Origin: Gracilinanus agilis
Taxonomy: Eukaryota
Reading direction: 5' to 3'
NCBI RefSeq assembly: GCF_016433145.1
Contig: NC_058133.1
Span: 174,144,629-174,208,628, forward strand
Length of the DNA stretch: 64,000 bases
This document shows, in pieces, positions 61,623 to 64,000 of the stretch (positions are counted from its first letter, which is position 1; the number at the start of each line of letters is the position of its first letter). Under the pieces are notes generated by a model, which worked only from the letters and a program-made list of their open reading frames with translations, was not told where the DNA came from and ran no database searches. Made by a program: the position numbers and the translations under genes.

Positions 61623-63199
61623 AATAGAATAAGGGAAACAAAGGAAAACAGCTAATTCTAAAACAGCCTGGGTCTGACAATGTATGAAAATCCTGCCCTC
61701 CCCTTGTAGTCACCCACCTTGCTGCTTCAGGAAGGTATATTTCATTATCTCTTCTCTAGGCCATTGATTTTTCGGTTACTTGGAATTTGGCTCCTTTCTA
61801 GTGCTCTTTTCATTTTTATTGTTTTAGTCATTGTGTATATTGTTCTTCTGTTTTTGGATGCAGAACTTTTAATAAGACGCTGGAGTTTGCAGTGGCCTCT
61901 TTTCAGGGTAACTCAAGCTGCCTATTTCCTCATGGTAAAAGATTTGAGACAGAGAATAGTTTCCAAAGGAAAGTGTGGGAAGCACCTGGGGCTTGAATGA
62001 TTTAACACTGTACCAAGATGGGACCCTAGAGAAGCTATCTGTGGACCTGAGAGGTGAAACCAGAAGCCTAGGAAAAGTTTTTCCCAATCTAAGATTCTCA
62101 GGAGTGTCCAGGAAGACCTTGCATGCAGATGCAATTTTCCAAGGCTGGCACACTGAGTGGGTGATCCTTATAAAAGATCTAATTGCTGCAACAAATATGA
62201 CTCAACAGCCCAGTTGCTCCTTCTGTTCTTGTGTGGAGTTCATTTCATGCTGTTAGAAATTTGCTGTAATCTAAGCCTATTTAGTCTGTTTTCCTCCACT
62301 TTGTAAACATGCTTTTTCCATAGTTGCAAATGTCTCCACCATTATTTGTTTCAATTTGTAAATTGCACAAAGACTTTAATAAACAGTGTCCTCACGCACA
62401 CACTCCTCTGTAGCTGGAGATCAACCAAGGAAAGGCCTGGAGACACATAAGAAAAGAACCTTCCATGACATTTTGCTTATTCCAGCAGATAGGCCCAGGC
62501 TTCCAATGGTAAGGAATACTTCAGAGTCTCATTCCATCAGAAAGAGGAGGTAAAAAAAAGCATCTGGGATGAGTAGCAGATAATACAAAAGTGGAGCATC
62601 CAAGACTGATTACAGTAGTTCTTTCAGCAGGAGAGTTGATTGACACATCAGAAATATTCAGGCCTCCTAGGTGTTACCATATTGTCCAGAGCATATCCCT
62701 ATTAGTGAGTAGTAATGGCAAAATGGGGACTCTCATGCCTTGACAGATTGGTTATCCTGGACTATATCTCTTTCTTTTATACTCCATTCACTTTATTTAA
62801 TTAAGTGAAACCTGGCTTTTCCTTGTGAATTCCATACCTTGGATATTCTCTCCTAGCTGACAGCTCTATTTTTCTCCCCTTATCTTACAGAGCTTGGGGT
62901 CTCCACTGTTGCACAAACACAGCTGTTTTCCAGGACAGAAATTCTAAGAGAGGGAGCTGTCCACAGCTGAAACTAGTTCAGAAGAAAAAGTGGGGTGCTG
63001 GGTTAGCCCCAAATGGACGCTGGTACAGTGACCCAGTAGAGCCAGTCAAATTGTAAACTTGCCTGCTCATATGACTAAGTTATTTTGGGGATACCAGGTT
63101 GCTTAAACTCTCTAATCTCAGACCACATTTTCCTGTTTTGTTCTTTGTATCCTGCTTTCTCACATTAATAATCTGTATTTCAGCTTATTTCTAAATTAA

Positions 63200-63705
63200 A
63201 ATTTCTTTCATTCAATCATGATAATCCACTTTCTCTCTCTCTCCACCCACTGCCACTATTGAGAAAATAAGAAAAACAGAAACACTACTCCTATGACAAA
63301 CATGTATATTAGAGCAAAACAAATTCCCTCATTGGTCATATCCAAATAAAATATATCTCTTCGCTGTGAACCTATTACCTCTCTTGTTAGGAGGTAGGTA
63401 ATATGTTTCATTGTGAATCCTCTAAACCCGTGATTGATCAGTGTTGATCAGAATTCCTGAATCTTGCAAAGTTTGTCTTTACAATATTTTGTTGTAATTA
63501 TATAAATTGTTCTTCTGGCTCCATTTACTTAGTCTGCATCAGCTCATATAAATCTTCCTAGGTTTCTCTAAAACTATTCATTTCTTATGGCACAATAGTA
63601 GTCCATTAATTCACATACCAAACCGTTCCCCAAATGATTGGGCACTTCTTCAGTTTCTATTTCTTTGCTGCCACAAAAAGAACTATTATGAATAATTTTG
63701 TATGT
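63200..63705 (-). mobile_element. Old L1 3' end fragment
   Basis: tttcttatggcacaatagtagtccatt...ttctttgctgccacaaaaagaactattatgaataattttgta. Confidence 0.8.
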
Positions 63706-63794
63706 TTTTATCTCAACACCTACCTCTGGTTTTAGTTTGTTGGCTAAAAAAAAGTTTTAGTTTCTTGGTTGCTGCTTTGAAAATAAAACCTGCT

Positions 63795-64000
63795 GATAAG
63801 GGGGAAAGACCTACCTACATCCAAAATATTTTTAGAAGCTCTTTTTATAGAGGCAAAGAATTTGAAATTGAGAGTTTGTCCATCACTTGGGGAATGGATG
63901 AACAAGTTTTGGTATTTGGTTGTAATGAAATACTGTTGTACCATAAGAAACAGCAAACAGGATAAGTTCAGAAAAACCTAGAAACACCTCTATAAACTGA
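63795..64000 (+). mobile_element. Old L1 3' fragment running off the window edge
   Basis: ccaaaatatttttagaagctctttttatagaggcaaagaatttgaaattgagag...ggggaatggatgaacaag. Confidence 0.8.

Noticed and set aside
62891-63022. Plus-strand acceptor followed by an open frame containing KRGSCP (WAP-like)
   Set aside because: The remaining WAP cysteine pattern is absent and the donor is weak.

Overview
Repeat-rich, AT-rich mammalian DNA, almost certainly marsupial and probably a didelphid opossum. It carries many SINE1_Mdo-like tRNA-derived SINEs plus MAR1/MIR, L2, L3/CR1, RTE and marsupial-type L1 fragments, with two assembly gaps and one isolated N. I cannot confidently name any host protein-coding gene or RNA gene, and there is no CRISPR array. 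Main features: (1) the 5' 2 kb of a young L1 on the minus strand (5'UTR plus ORF1 with one frameshift); (2) a 2.4-kb truncated class I (gamma-like) endogenous retrovirus at 17285-19704 on the minus strand, inserted in an old L3. Its gag is nearly intact (one stop, one frameshift) but starts with two hydrophobic segments instead of a Met-Gly matrix, and the insert is flanked by a 28-29 bp duplication rather than a 4-6 bp retroviral target-site duplication; (3) a Tigger-type DNA transposon with both terminal inverted repeats (TIRs); (4) unique-sequence islands with promoter or exon-like signals (about 23570-23975, 43174-43318, 48351-48578) that may belong to an unidentified minus-strand transcript. 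Repeat family names are from memory of consensus sequences, not database searches, and boundaries of old repeats are approximate.
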